From the NCBI GenBank assembly GCA_963839205.1, contig CAWITU010000002.1, forward strand, positions 75,034-139,033: a stretch of DNA of 64,000 bases. The letters are read 5' to 3'. This document shows positions 30,952 through 41,874 of this stretch, piece after piece. Position numbers and translations under genes: made by a program. The notes beneath the pieces were generated by a model, which ran no database searches, was not told the origin of the DNA, and saw only the letters and a list, made by a program, of their open reading frames with translations. The stretch's first letter is position 1. Every line of letters starts with the position of its first letter. The DNA is from an uncultured bacterium (GTDB lineage Bacteria > Patescibacteriota > Minisyncoccia > Phycocordibacterales > CAWITU01).

Positions 30952-31105
30952 GGATAATTTCTACAATTAGCTGTTAATTTATGTGACAAGTATATCAAAA
31001 CAAATTCCTTAAACGAAAAGAAAAAACTGTGTCTATTGCTCTTCTCCAAGTTAAAAAATGTTTGTCAATATTGCAAGCGTGGCGATAAGGTCTACAATGG
31101 TTTTA

Positions 31106-31230
31106 TTGTCATTTGTCGAGTGAAAAACTCGGAGTCCCTTAAATAAGGATTGGAAGTGAGGTTCAATCCCTCCACTGTGCCGCAACGGTAATGCCCCATT
31201 TGGGGACAAGTCCGGTCATCTAGTGACATT
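31106..31230 (+). ncRNA. Cobalamin riboswitch
   Basis: GGAAgtgaGGTtcAATCCctccACTGTGCCGCAACGGTAA...AAGTCCG motif; P1-like TGTCATT/AGTGACA; upstream of B12-binding-type genes. Confidence 0.8.
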
Positions 31231-31275
31231 ATTCCCGAGCAGGATATAAGTTGGTACTTATATAAGGAATTCAAG

Positions 31276-31300
31276 CTCTGCTTCGCAGAGTTTTTTATTT
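31276..31300 (+). terminator. Riboswitch attenuator terminator
   Basis: CTCTGC-ttc-GCAGAG-TTTTTT just before ATG 31316. Confidence 0.7.
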
Positions 31301-31315
31301 GTCTAAAAAATATTT

Positions 31316-31817
31316 ATGAAGAAAAAAAGAATATTTTATAAAATCTTTGTAAACAGGCACGATTTTTATAATCACCCTTATTTTTATTGTTGGATTTTTA
31401 CATTCGTCTCCCAGAAAATAGTTCAATTTCTACGGTTCCACCTAGTAGTAATCAAATAGATGAAGTTGTGTCACCACAAGTTAGTGTATCAAAGGTTGCG
31501 ACCACGACTTCAGTTAAAAAAATCAGCCCTTCAATCGAAATTAATTTTATTGTCGGCACTTCGACCCATACTGTCGAAGTGCCGAGCGGTTCAACTGTCT
31601 ACGATGCGATGAATATTTTAGCTTCCACAACTCCATTTAGTTTTGTTTCAACATATTATTCTGGTCTTGGTTATTTTGTTCAAGAAATTAATGGAATAAA
31701 AAATTCAAACAATATGTATTGGACTCTTTTATGTTAATGGAAAGTACTCAAACAGTCGGCGCTTCGGATTATGTGCTTTCCCAAAATGATAATGTCGAGT
31801 GGAGATATGAAAAATAA
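31316..31817 (+). CDS. Membrane-anchored DUF4430 (transcobalamin beta-domain-like) protein, frameshifted
   Basis: GSTVYDAM...YSGLGYFVQEING...YWTL/YVNGK...VGASDY...NDNVEWRY across frames. Confidence 0.75.
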
Positions 31818-31818
31818 T

Positions 31819-33985
31819 ATGTCGAATATGAAAAAAACTTTAGTCATTGTTATCTGCCTCGTAATTTTTTTACCAACATTTCATTGTGCATTTGCTGATG
31901 ACACGTCGACTTCAACAACAGATATTATTGATGCTTCATCTACTGATGCTACAACTACTGATAACACCATCACTTCGACATCAACTACAGATATTGCCTC
32001 CTCGACTGACTCTGGGGTATCGACAACGACAGTTGCAACTAATTTGGGAACTGTTCATCTTGATGTTCGGTATCAAGATACTACTGGTATTTGATGGAAA
32101 TGTTGCTTTACCAGTGGCTACAACTACCACTCTCGATGATTCGAGTGGGGTTGCTCATCCAATTTCCTCTAACAGTGCCTTATATCTATTGTCACTGGTC
32201 CAAGCTTCGTCATCAAATGCTTTCTCAATCAGTGACTTACAATACTATTCTTCATTTGGTGAGTTTTATATAAATTGCCTAGATATACAGGCCTCTTCTA
32301 CGATTCATGCTTGCGCAAATTGGCAATACGCAGTTAATGGATCTAATCCGTCTGAAGGCTCTGATCAGTATATAGCCACAGGAAATGACAATATTTATTT
32401 TTACTATGGTAATCAGAGACAGTTTTCCGTTTCAGCTACTAGCACTGACACTGTTACTCCTGCCACGGTCACTGTTCAAAAATATGATTACACTAATAAT
32501 TCATGGATACCTCTTGCTGGAGAAATTGTAGATGCCACGCAACCAAATCCGAATGACCAGTGGAATCCATTTATTATTGCGACCTCTACAAGTGATGCTG
32601 GTGGTACAGCAGAACTTCTTCTAACCAATCCAGGGATTTATAATATTGGACTTTCTGACGAGGTTTTTATCCGACCGCTCTTACTGTTTCGACTTCTACC
32701 GCTTCTTCAACTGACGGACTCGACAACTACAACAACGCCTCCTCCAGTTGTAATATCAGGTGGTGGAGGGGGAAGTGGTGGTGAATAATTCATAACGCAT
32801 TTGATTTGAATAAGGCTTTACAATTTATTTCTTCAAATCAAAGCAGTGACGGGTCATTTGGGGGAAGTATGTATACAGACTGGGTTGCGATTGCCCTCGC
32901 TTCGTTACCAGATAGTAATAGTCAGAGATAAAATTGTAAGTTTTCATAAAATTGAACCAAATGTTGAAGAGAGCGTCACAGATTATGAAAGAGATGCCAT
33001 GGCACTCGAAGCTCTCGGTATTAATCCATACACAGGAACTTCAGTTAATTATATTCAGCCAATTATCTCGGCATATGACGGGACTAAAATAGGAGATCCA
33101 ACTTTGGTGAATAATGATATCTTTGCAATTTTTCCACTCATGAAAGCAGGATATTCTTCCAATGATCCTATAATTCAAAAAACGATTGCCTATATTATTT
33201 CGGAGCAAAATTTAGACGGTTCATGGGCAGAAAGTGTAGATCTCACAGCGGCAGCAATTCAGGCATTTCTCTTAACACCTTCAATAAGTGGAGTAAGTCA
33301 GTCAATTAATAACGCTCGTCAGTATCTAGTAGAAAATCAGCAAGCTGATGGAGGATTCGGTTCAGTGGATTCTACGAGCTGGGTCTCTTCAAGCCATTGC
33401 TTCCTTGAATGAATCAAGATACAAATTGGCTTAAGGGTAGCAATGACCCGCAAGATTATCTTTATAACAATCAGCAAAACGATGGGGGGATTGATAGTAC
33501 TTCTACTCCAATATATACAAGGATATGGTCAACAGCCTATGCAATTCCGGCGGCTTCCAACAAAACCTGGGCATCAATTTTGACTTCATTTCCTGAGCCA
33601 AGCTACACAACTTCTAATAATGGAGGACAAGTGCCAGCCACCACCCAGATTTTATGTGAATCAGGCGACAAGTACTCCTATAGTCCAAAATCCACAAATT
33701 CAGGCACAATTGAGTACACTAGTACCACAACAATTTCGGTCATTCCTGTGTATACAAAAATAACTAAACATATTATCCTTACTAAGCGGATTGCTTACTT
33801 AAAAATCAAAATCAACCAGTTCGCAACGTCGCCAATTCAGAAAGTGAAAGAAATAAATAACACTGATTTTACCGCTGATATTGGAGCGAAGTCAGGGTTG
33901 GGGAGCAAATTGGTTTGTGGTGGGGTAAGATATTATCGTCATGTCATCACATATTTTTGGGAAAATATTTTCCTTTTAAAAATTA
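31819..33985 (+). CDS. Secreted protein: S/T linker + DUF4430-like domain + prenyltransferase-like alpha-barrel repeats; several indels, end approximate
   Basis: Signal ending AFA-DD; FGEFYINC...NWQYAVNG; repeated QxxDGS/GF motifs (QNLDGSW, QQADGGFG, QQNDGG); TAYAIPA. Confidence 0.65.
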
Positions 33986-33996
33986 ATATCATATTT

Positions 33997-34527
33997 ATGT
34001 CACGCAAATCATCATTGCTCATCGCTTCAGCACTAGTTGTCATCGGAGTAGCATGTAGACTCTTGCCTCATCTTTGGAATATGACACCAATGCTCGCAAT
34101 CGCTCTCTTTTCGACAACTTATTTAGGCTTCTACTATTCATTTGCAATTTCAATCTTGATTATGGGTGTTTCGGATTTCTTTATTGGTTTTTACGATTGG
34201 AGAGTTATGCTCGCTGTATATGGAAGTTTTATTTTAGGAGCTCTAATTGGACTATTTATTCAAAAAAACAAAACAGTTGCGACTATTTTTCTAAGCACTT
34301 GTGGAGCATCTTTAATTTTCTTCTTAGTGACAAATTTTGCTGTCTGGGAATTTGGAACGATGTACGTTCACTCGTTTGTAGGCCTCACGCAATCATATGT
34401 AATGGGTATTCCTTTCTTTAAAGATTCTCTAGTTGGTGATCTTATGTACACGGGAGTATTCTTTGGAGCCTTTGAAGCCATCCGATTCTTTAGTCTAAAT
34501 AAAATAAATAGAGCCATACGTGTATGA
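33997..34527 (+). CDS. DUF6580-like / ECF S-component-like putative vitamin B12 transport protein
   Basis: RLLPHLWNMTPMLAIALF, SDFFIGFY, FFLVTNFAVW, Y..GIPFF...LVGDL. Confidence 0.7.
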   Translation: MSRKSSLLIASALVVIGVACRLLPHLWNMTPMLAIALFSTTYLGFYYSFAISILIMGVSDFFIGFYDWRVMLAVYGSFILGALIGLFIQKNKTVATIFLSTCGASLIFFLVTNFAVWEFGTMYVHSFVGLTQSYVMGIPFFKDSLVGDLMYTGVFFGAFEAIRFFSLNKINRAIRV

Positions 34528-35198
34528 AATTCGTAACTGTTAGTGATCCTAAAATCGGTGTCGTTGCTGTAGTTAGTAAAATTCGAGATTTAGTAAAAGA
34601 TGGAAAGAGGGTTCTCTGGCTGGTTCCTGGTGGATCAAATATTCCTATTTCAGTTGAGATTCTTAGCCATTTGATAGTGGATATTGATAGAGAACATCTA
34701 AAAAAACATTTATCAGTTATGTTGACCGATGAGCGCTATGGTCATGTTGGTCACGCCGATTCAAATTGGCAACAATTAATAGATCACGGATTTAATTTTG
34801 ATTTTGTTAATCCTGTTCCAACGCTTTCGGGCTTATCATTTGAAGAAACTGTAAAAAAGTTTGGCGAGAATGCTGAAGAAAGATTTCAAAATGCCGACGC
34901 CATTATCGGGCAATTCGGCGTCGGCCATGACGGTCATATCGCCGGAATTATTCCTCATTCTCCAGTAGTAGGCACACTTAAATCAGCTGAAGGTTTTAAA
35001 TCTGACAAATTTGTGAGAATTACTTTAACTCCACATGTATTATCTAGAGTCACCGTTGCTTATGCTTTTGTGTCCGGTGAATCTAAAAAAGTGGCTTTAA
35101 TTAATCTAAAAGAAAAAGACCTTTCATTAGATGAAGAACCATGTCAAATTTTGAAAAAAATTGGAGAAAGTTATGTTTATACTGACCAAATAGTCTAA
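34524..35198 (+). CDS. 6-phosphogluconolactonase / NagB-like protein
   Basis: LVPGGS, LTDERYG...H.DSN, GVGHDGHIAG, RITLT. Confidence 0.75.
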   Translation: MKFVTVSDPKIGVVAVVSKIRDLVKDGKRVLWLVPGGSNIPISVEILSHLIVDIDREHLKKHLSVMLTDERYGHVGHADSNWQQLIDHGFNFDFVNPVPTLSGLSFEETVKKFGENAEERFQNADAIIGQFGVGHDGHIAGIIPHSPVVGTLKSAEGFKSDKFVRITLTPHVLSRVTVAYAFVSGESKKVALINLKEKDLSLDEEPCQILKKIGESYVYTDQIV

Positions 35199-35223
35199 GC
35201 ATTTTCGTGATACAATTTATTTT

Positions 35224-36050
35224 ATGATTACCTACATACAAGCAATTATTCTGGGACTCCTTCAGGGATTAACTGAACTTTTTCCAGTTTCTAGTCTCGG
35301 GCATAGTGTAATTTTGCCATCGCTATTACATTGGAATATTGATCAATCCTCTGATTCTTTTTTAATTTTTATTGTTCTAACTCATCTTGCAACAGCAGTT
35401 GCTCTTCTCACTTTTTTCTGGAAAGAGTGGGTTCATATTGTTGTTGGTTTTTTCCGATCAATTTTTAAATTCAATATTGGGAGTGATTGTTCGGCCAAAA
35501 TGGCTTGGCTTATTATCGTGGGTACAATCCCAGCAGGTTTAGTTGGTCTAGTTTTTCAGAAAAAAATTCAAGGGTTTATTTGCTTCGCCAGTTTTGGTGT
35601 CAGCAGTTTTGATTTTAAATGGGCTAATGCTTTTTGGGGCAGAATTTTTGAGACGAAGGAAATGAAAAAAGTGTTATTGAAATGACTTGGTTTCAAGCAA
35701 TTTTAACTGGTATTGCCCAATGTTTAGCCCTTATTCCAGGATTTTCGAGAACTGGTTCTACAATATCAGCCGGGCTTGCAGAAGGGTTGTCCCATGAATC
35801 GGCAGCCAGATTTTCTTTCTTTTTAGCTACCCCAATTATTTTGGCGGCCGCTCTTCTTAAATTACCTCACGTGGTTCTTCACCCAAATATGGCATTAGTT
35901 GGTCCATCAATCGTTGGGGCCATATTTTCAGCGGCCGCCGCCTATTTCTCTACCCGTTTTCTTTCCAAATATTTCAAAACAAAAACTCTTACCCCATTTG
36001 CTATTTATTGTGTCTTGTTTGGTGCCTTGAGTTTGATTGTTCTACACTAG
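35224..36050 (+). CDS. uppP: Undecaprenyl-diphosphatase, with apparent indels
   Basis: QGLTELFPVSSLGH; ALIPGFSRTGSTI; AARFSFFLATP. Confidence 0.9.
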
Positions 36051-36538
36051 AACTTATTTGATTTATCAAACATCTCGTTAAAAAATTCCTGAACATCTAT
36101 CCCATTTCTTAATTTGTTTCTTTTTCGTACATGGTATTCAGCGATTGAATAAGCTCTAATGAAAAAAGAATTTTTAGACCCAAGCCAGACCATGTCTGTT
36201 AGTAGATGAAAAAGCATACCCGCAAGGATGGTCATAAAAAACCAATAACTGACAAATAAAGCCAGTAGATACACCAAGATAAACATTTCAGCAGTATGCA
36301 TCAAGCTAAATCCAAGATTGCGCCGATCTGGTTCACTTTTCATCATGGCGTCATAATATCTAAACATTCTTCGTGGACTCCAATCTTTGCCTTTAGTTTT
36401 CCAAAGATAGTCCAAATAATGATCGCAGTCTATTAGTACAGCAGATGCCCAGAAAAGTAAGCTTTGCGGTATTCCCCAAAAAGGTAATAAGGCAACTGCC
36501 GCTACTCCTCCAAGTACAATATGTCCAGGTAATCTCAT
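36047..36538 (-). CDS. Membrane protein, possible metal-dependent hydrolase
   Basis: GH..., LIDCDHY, LMHTAE, FHLLTD His/Asp motifs. Confidence 0.55.
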   Translation of the reverse strand: MRLPGHIVLGGVAAVALLPFWGIPQSLLFWASAVLIDCDHYLDYLWKTKGKDWSPRRMFRYYDAMMKSEPDRRNLGFSLMHTAEMFILVYLLALFVSYWFFMTILAGMLFHLLTDMVWLGSKNSFFIRAYSIAEYHVRKRNKLRNGIDVQEFFNEMFDKSNKF

Positions 36539-36604
36539 AGGCTCACAGTATACATCTTCATTTTATTTTTTAAAAAGTCTTTGTGATATGATGAATAAAC
36601 TTTT

Positions 36605-37903
36605 ATGACTAGACTTATTGGACAATTTATTTTGGGACTAAGTGATTTGGGGTCACCCTGGCTCTATACTATTATTTTAATTCTTTCTTTCGCAGAAGGA
36701 TTCCCAATTTTTGGTTTTTTTAGTCCAGGAGGAATCAGCTGTCTTTTGGCAGGTGTACTTATAAAAATTTCTGGTCTTAGATTTTATAGCGGTTTGTAAA
36801 TTTCAACGCTCGGGAGCATTTGGTGGTGATATTCTTCGGTTATTTTTTGGGGAATAAATATGGTCACAGTCTTATTGCAAATATGGAAAAATAATTTTTA
36901 GAGAGGAGGAAAAGATAGATACTATGAAAAAAATGATTCACGAGCATCGTGGTAAATCTATTATTGTTGGTCGATTTAATTACATTACAAGATCACTCTC
37001 ACCATTTCTCTGTGGTTCGTCTGGGTAGCCCTTATTTCTTTTCTTACTTATTTGATTTCTTTACGGCTTTTCATGGGTTCTACTTCACGTTATTGCCGGT
37101 TACATTTTTGGCCAAGGATATATGTGGTCGCTGCAAAATATATAAATTATTTTTTAATATTGGCGGTTGTTTTATCCGTGGTGATATTTTATGGTTATCG
37201 TTTCCTTAATAAACAACATCATGTATTTCAAAAAATATCATATTTATACATTGGTTCGTTAACATTATCTCTATTATTTCATTTGGACTTATATCAGACA
37301 GCGTTTCTGAGAGTGGGGCAATCACCCATTTTGATCATGCAATTTATTCTTTCATTCCAATGTTTATGGAATCCAATTGGAATTAGATTAGCTGTTTTTT
37401 TTAGTACATTTGGTAATCCGATAGTAGTAATAACGCTTTTATTGGTTTTAGTTCTATTTCTTTTGATTAATAAAAAGATATTGGCAAAGCCTAATTTTGT
37501 TTTTTGGTTCTGCGTCCGCATTAATCTTTGAAGTTTTAATTAAATATGTCACACAGTATTGCACGCCCATCGCCATCTTTAATTCCAACCACATTTAAAT
37601 AGCTTTCCGAGTGGTCACGCAGTTATTGTGAGTGTATTTGCCACGTTTGTTATTTACTGTTTTTGGAATGATATTAAATCTGTCTGGGGCAAATATGTTT
37701 TGGTTATTGGTTCAATTTTATTTGCATTACTTGTTGGAGCTAGTCGAGTTTATCTTGATACTCATTGGATGAGTGATGTTTTGGCTGGATATGCCATCGG
37801 TGTATTTTGGGTGACTTTTTTTGTTCTAATCATTCAAGTACCGATTTTTATTAGACGTGGACTCTTACTTCTACTTGAAAAGGATATTTTGACAAAGGTG
37901 TAA
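36605..37903 (+). CDS. DedA + PAP2 phosphatase fusion, heavily frameshifted
   Basis: SFAEGFPIFGFFSPG (DedA); SFPSGHA and SRVYLDTHWMSDVLAG (PAP2). Confidence 0.7.
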
Positions 37904-37923
37904 TTAAAGTTTAGTTTAGTTAT

Positions 37924-38829
37924 ATGGCAAAAATTCTTTCCGGCAAAATTCTTCGGGATAAATACGCGCTTCGACTTATGGAGCAAATTTCGACATTTAA
38001 GAAGGCACCAACTCTTGCAATTATCCAAGTTGGAAATCTTCCAGAATCCACTGCCTATATAAACCAAAAGAATATTTTTGGCTTAAAAATTGGTGCCACT
38101 GTTAAGCATATTGTATTTCCAGTTAATGTTTCTGAGGGAGAATTGATTAAAAAAATTAGAATTCTTAATAAAGATAAAGGAGTTCATGGAATTATAATTC
38201 AATTGCCGATATCAAAAGGATTAAATGTGAATAATATTATTGAATCAATTGATCCGATTAAAGATGTTGACGGTTTGCATTCACTAAATATGAAAATGAT
38301 TTGTGCTGGAAATGAAAAAGACGCTTTTGTTCCAGCAACTGCCAAAGGAATCATAAATTTGCTAGAGGAATACAAGATTCCAATTTCAGGAAAGAAATTT
38401 TTAGTAATCGGAAGATCAATGTTGGTAGGGAAGCCAACTGCACTTGTTCTACTTAATAGAAATGCAACAGTTACGGTGGCCCATCATATGACAAAACCAA
38501 ATGATTTGAAGAAAATGGCGAAAGAGGCCGACGGCGTCGTCGTCGCCGTCGGCCGCCCGCTCTTTTTCGGCCCTTCCTACTTCCGGAAGGGCCAGACCGT
38601 TATTGATGTCGGCATTAATCTAATAAACCCCACAACGCTCCAGCTTCGCGGGGCAGGAAAGGGTCTCAAAGAAGAAATCTCTAGCAAGAAAAAATTAGTC
38701 GGCGACGTCGATTTCGATAAAGTCAGTAAAATTGTTAAAGCCATCACTCCTGTTCCCGGTGGCGTTGGTGCTATGACTGTCGCTGCCTTATTTGAGAATT
38801 TAATTTCCGCATATCAGAGACAAATGTGA
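37924..38829 (+). CDS. folD: Methylenetetrahydrofolate dehydrogenase/cyclohydrolase
   Basis: GIIIQLP, KDVDG, GRSMLVGKP, VIDVGIN, TPVPGGVG. Confidence 0.95.
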   Translation: MAKILSGKILRDKYALRLMEQISTFKKAPTLAIIQVGNLPESTAYINQKNIFGLKIGATVKHIVFPVNVSEGELIKKIRILNKDKGVHGIIIQLPISKGLNVNNIIESIDPIKDVDGLHSLNMKMICAGNEKDAFVPATAKGIINLLEEYKIPISGKKFLVIGRSMLVGKPTALVLLNRNATVTVAHHMTKPNDLKKMAKEADGVVVAVGRPLFFGPSYFRKGQTVIDVGINLINPTTLQLRGAGKGLKEEISSKKKLVGDVDFDKVSKIVKAITPVPGGVGAMTVAALFENLISAYQRQM

Positions 38830-38842
38830 TATAATTTTTTGT

Positions 38843-39358
38843 ATGTCTTTAAGAACTAATAAAGGTTTTACCCTTATCGAACTCCTAGTCGTTATCGCTA
38901 TCATTGGTATTTTGGCTGGAATCATATTAGCGGCTTTGGGCACTTCAAGAAGCAAGGGGAATGATGGGGCGGCTCAATCAGAAATGGATCAAATAAAAAC
39001 TCAAGCAGAAGTTTATTACATCACAAATACAGTAGCACCTAATTCATATGGTGCGACTGGTTTGGTTGGTGTTGCTGTGTGTCCAACATCCGGCTCAAGT
39101 ATGTTTGCGGCCTCCTCTACCAGTGGTGGTTTGGCGGGTCTTATAAGTGCAGTTAATTTAAATGAAGCTTCTACAACAGCCGTAACTTGCGCAGCCGGAG
39201 AACCACCAGCTGGCGGTACGGCTGCTACCTCTTGGGCTGTTTCCACCACTCTTACCACATTTTCAGGAAAATATTTTTGTGTTGATAGTAGCGGCTATTC
39301 TGGGCTCGGAACTAAGAAGGCAACTGGTGGCTATACTGCTGTCGCTTCCTGCCAGTAA
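38843..39358 (+). CDS. Type IV pilin
   Basis: KG/FTLIELLVVIAIIGIL class III signal; C-terminal FCVDSSG...C. Confidence 0.92.
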   Translation: MSLRTNKGFTLIELLVVIAIIGILAGIILAALGTSRSKGNDGAAQSEMDQIKTQAEVYYITNTVAPNSYGATGLVGVAVCPTSGSSMFAASSTSGGLAGLISAVNLNEASTTAVTCAAGEPPAGGTAATSWAVSTTLTTFSGKYFCVDSSGYSGLGTKKATGGYTAVASCQ

Positions 39359-39444
39359 GGTGTTATAATGCCGCCTAGCGGATTCCCTCGTCGGCTTGTC
39401 ACAGGGTTAATTGATTTTTGGCGTATCAATATATTAATAAAAAT

Positions 39445-40272
39445 ATGAAAGAATATTTATCTGATAAAAAGGGTTTATTTTTTACTAGTTCAATTGCTTT
39501 AATACTTCTTGCAGTATTTCTTTTAGTCCAGACAGTGGAGTCTTTGAAAACTATCAATACAATTGGCGAGGGTATTGTTCCACAGAATACAATTTCTGTA
39601 AGTGGAGAAGGAGATGTCTACGCTAAGCCAGACATCGCCACTTTTTCTTTTGCGGTTGATGAGACTTCCGATACGGTAGCTGATGCCCAGACTAAAGTTG
39701 ATACTACCGTTTCAAAAATTCTTTCATACTTGAAGAGTCAAGATGTCGCCGACAAAGATATTACCACGGAAGATTATAGTGCTAATCCACAATATCAAAA
39801 TCAATCAGTCGCCTGTCCTCCAACACCATTAATGAGTGGGAATCTGATTGGAAATATAGTAATAAGTTGCCCACCTTCCAATCCGGTCATCGTTGGTTAT
39901 GAAGTTTCTGAAACTATTTCAGTTAAAGTAGAAGACTTAACTAAGGCAGGGACAGTACTTGCCGGAGTCGGTACATATGGAGCGACCGATATTAGCAGTC
40001 TTTCTTTTTCGGTTAGTAACCAAGATGATTTGAATAACCAGGCAAGACAGTCAGCAATCAATCAGGCAAAATCAAAAGCAAATACTTTGGCAAATCAATT
40101 AGGAGTTCAATTGGGAAGATTGGTTAGTTTCTCTGAAAGTGGAAATACGCCATATCCTATCATGTACGCTAAAAATGTTGGTATGGCGGTAGCATCGGTG
40201 CCATCTGCTCAAATTCCACAGGGCCAGAGTGAAACTACCTCGAACGTTACTCTTGTTTATGAGATTAATTAA
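39445..40272 (+). CDS. SIMPL (DUF541) domain protein
   Basis: ISVSGEGDVYAKPDIA, ARQSAINQAKSKA..LA..LGV.LG. Confidence 0.88.
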   Translation: MKEYLSDKKGLFFTSSIALILLAVFLLVQTVESLKTINTIGEGIVPQNTISVSGEGDVYAKPDIATFSFAVDETSDTVADAQTKVDTTVSKILSYLKSQDVADKDITTEDYSANPQYQNQSVACPPTPLMSGNLIGNIVISCPPSNPVIVGYEVSETISVKVEDLTKAGTVLAGVGTYGATDISSLSFSVSNQDDLNNQARQSAINQAKSKANTLANQLGVQLGRLVSFSESGNTPYPIMYAKNVGMAVASVPSAQIPQGQSETTSNVTLVYEIN

Positions 40273-40353
40273 TTTTTTCCTATTTTTAATTATCCCCAGA
40301 AATTATGGGTATACAATTTTTCTTCCTGTAATCTATGATATTATTAAAGATAA

Positions 40354-41133
40354 ATGAAACATATTCTCAATCTTAGTTCAAAAAAAGAACCAGAGGTCGT
40401 TATCGTTGAAAAAATCATCCTTAAAAAAAGAAGTTTTTTTATGGAGACACTTCGGGTTATCTTGGCAGTTGTTATTGTTTCGGGAACAATATGGGGGGTT
40501 TCTTTTGCTGGTTCTCTCATCCCCCCATCTGGCACCCCATCTAAAACCATGTACACCTTAGATGATATTTATACCCTTGTTACTACTGGCACTACTACGC
40601 CTTCTACAAATTTCACAACTCCCGGATCAGCAACATCAACATTTCACACACTAACAGATATTGTGAATGCTTACCATGTACCAAGTACAACTTCTAATCC
40701 AAATTCTATAGGTCCGTTTGTTTCCGACGGTCAGCCAGACAATGGCTATCTTGATCAGAACACTGGCCTTATTTGGGAAAATACTGATGCGGGACAATAT
40801 CTCTGCTGGGATGGAAACCAAGGTTGTGGACCAATACAAGCCGTGGAGTACTGTCAGTATCTTGATGCCGATGGTGTAACTGTGGATGGTACACCTCAGA
40901 ATATTTGGAGACTACCCACGATTAAAGAATGGGAGTCGGTGTTAGATTACAGTAACGATGCATATAATACATACGGTGTTGCGACCGCGTTGCCGAACAC
41001 TCCCAACGCCTACTATTGGTCGAGTACTGAGTATGCACCCAGCAACTTCTACGCTTGGGTCGTCGGCACCGTCGGTGGTAGTCTGGACGTCTACAACGAG
41101 AACGGCTACGCCCTTGCTCGATGCGTCCGCTAG
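40354..41133 (+). CDS. DGR2 target: membrane-anchored DUF1566/Lcl (C-type lectin fold) protein
   Basis: N-terminal TM, Thr-rich linker, DQNTGLIWE, WRLPTIKEW, YYWSSTE..AW.V...ARCVR. Confidence 0.9.
   Translation: MKHILNLSSKKEPEVVIVEKIILKKRSFFMETLRVILAVVIVSGTIWGVSFAGSLIPPSGTPSKTMYTLDDIYTLVTTGTTTPSTNFTTPGSATSTFHTLTDIVNAYHVPSTTSNPNSIGPFVSDGQPDNGYLDQNTGLIWENTDAGQYLCWDGNQGCGPIQAVEYCQYLDADGVTVDGTPQNIWRLPTIKEWESVLDYSNDAYNTYGVATALPNTPNAYYWSSTEYAPSNFYAWVVGTVGGSLDVYNENGYALARCVR
41000..41133 (+). repeat. DGR2 variable repeat (VR)
   Basis: Gap-free alignment to 41703-41836: 13 A>G, 9 A>T, 2 A>C; followed by IMH-like AATTCCTGC. Confidence 0.97.
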
Positions 41134-41164
41134 AATTCCTGCATTCTTTGATTCTTTTCTTCTT

Positions 41165-41186
41165 CCGCGCACAAACCTGTGCGCGG
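41165..41186 (+). other. DGR target-recognition hairpin/cruciform
   Basis: Perfect CCGCGCACA-aacc-TGTGCGCGG, about 30 nt after VR; absent after TR. Confidence 0.85.
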
Positions 41187-41208
41187 TGGCTGATGGGACT
41201 TAATCAAT

Positions 41209-41568
41209 ATGTCACAGTACCTTCATTTACCAATATATAATGCAGCCTTTGTCTTTCTGAAAGAACTCAATATGAGGGTACCGAAGTTTGCCAAGCAGTA
41301 TAAATATTTTCTTGGCGGACGGTTGATTGAATACAACGTTGACATAATTCGGTTAATTATTGAAGCGAACAATTGTCGGGATATGTCTCAAAGGGCAATA
41401 GTGCTAGCAAAGCTTTCCGAAAAAATAGAGCTTCTTATACTACATTCTCGGATAGCTGAAGAGCTTGAACAGTGGGGGAATAAGAAAGGGTATTTGTTTT
41501 TGGTCGAAAAATTAGCAGATCTTTCAAAACAAGCCGAGGGTTGGAGAAAATCTTCCCGGAGTTTTTAA
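41209..41568 (+). CDS. avd: Avd accessory protein of DGR2
   Basis: HLPIY...KFAKQYKYFLG..L...IIEAN...LSKQAEGWRK four-helix bundle. Confidence 0.88.
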   Translation: MSQYLHLPIYNAAFVFLKELNMRVPKFAKQYKYFLGGRLIEYNVDIIRLIIEANNCRDMSQRAIVLAKLSEKIELLILHSRIAEELEQWGNKKGYLFLVEKLADLSKQAEGWRKSSRSF

Positions 41569-41702
41569 TCTTAGATTGAAAAGTGTGGAATAAGGAATTC
41601 AGTCTCTGCTCTTCACTTTTCCAGACAATTGTTTGAGAAGGTGGAGAATAAATGTACCTGAAGGTCACGGAAAGTCAGAGACTTCATTAATGTGTCATAC
41701 TT

Positions 41703-41836
41703 CTCCCAACGACAACTATTGGTCGAGTACTGAGTATGCACCCAACAACAACAACGCTTGGAACGTCAACACCAACAATGGTAGTCTGAACAACAACAAC
41801 AAGAACAACAACAACCTTGCTCGATGCGTCCGCTAG
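41703..41836 (+). ncRNA. DGR2 template repeat (TR)
   Basis: AAC-rich copy of VR between avd and RT; followed by IMH*-like CATTCCTGC. Confidence 0.97.
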
Positions 41837-41874
41837 CATTCCTGCTCCTACCCTCGGCTTATTTTGAATAATCT

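Noticed and set aside
33409-34527. 372-aa ORF as a true fusion protein
   Set aside because: Likely an indel artefact joining the tail of the secreted protein to the membrane protein that starts at ATG 33997
41633-41836. Asn-rich 67-aa ORF or (AAC)n microsatellite
   Set aside because: This is TR2; the AAC runs are the diversifiable codons
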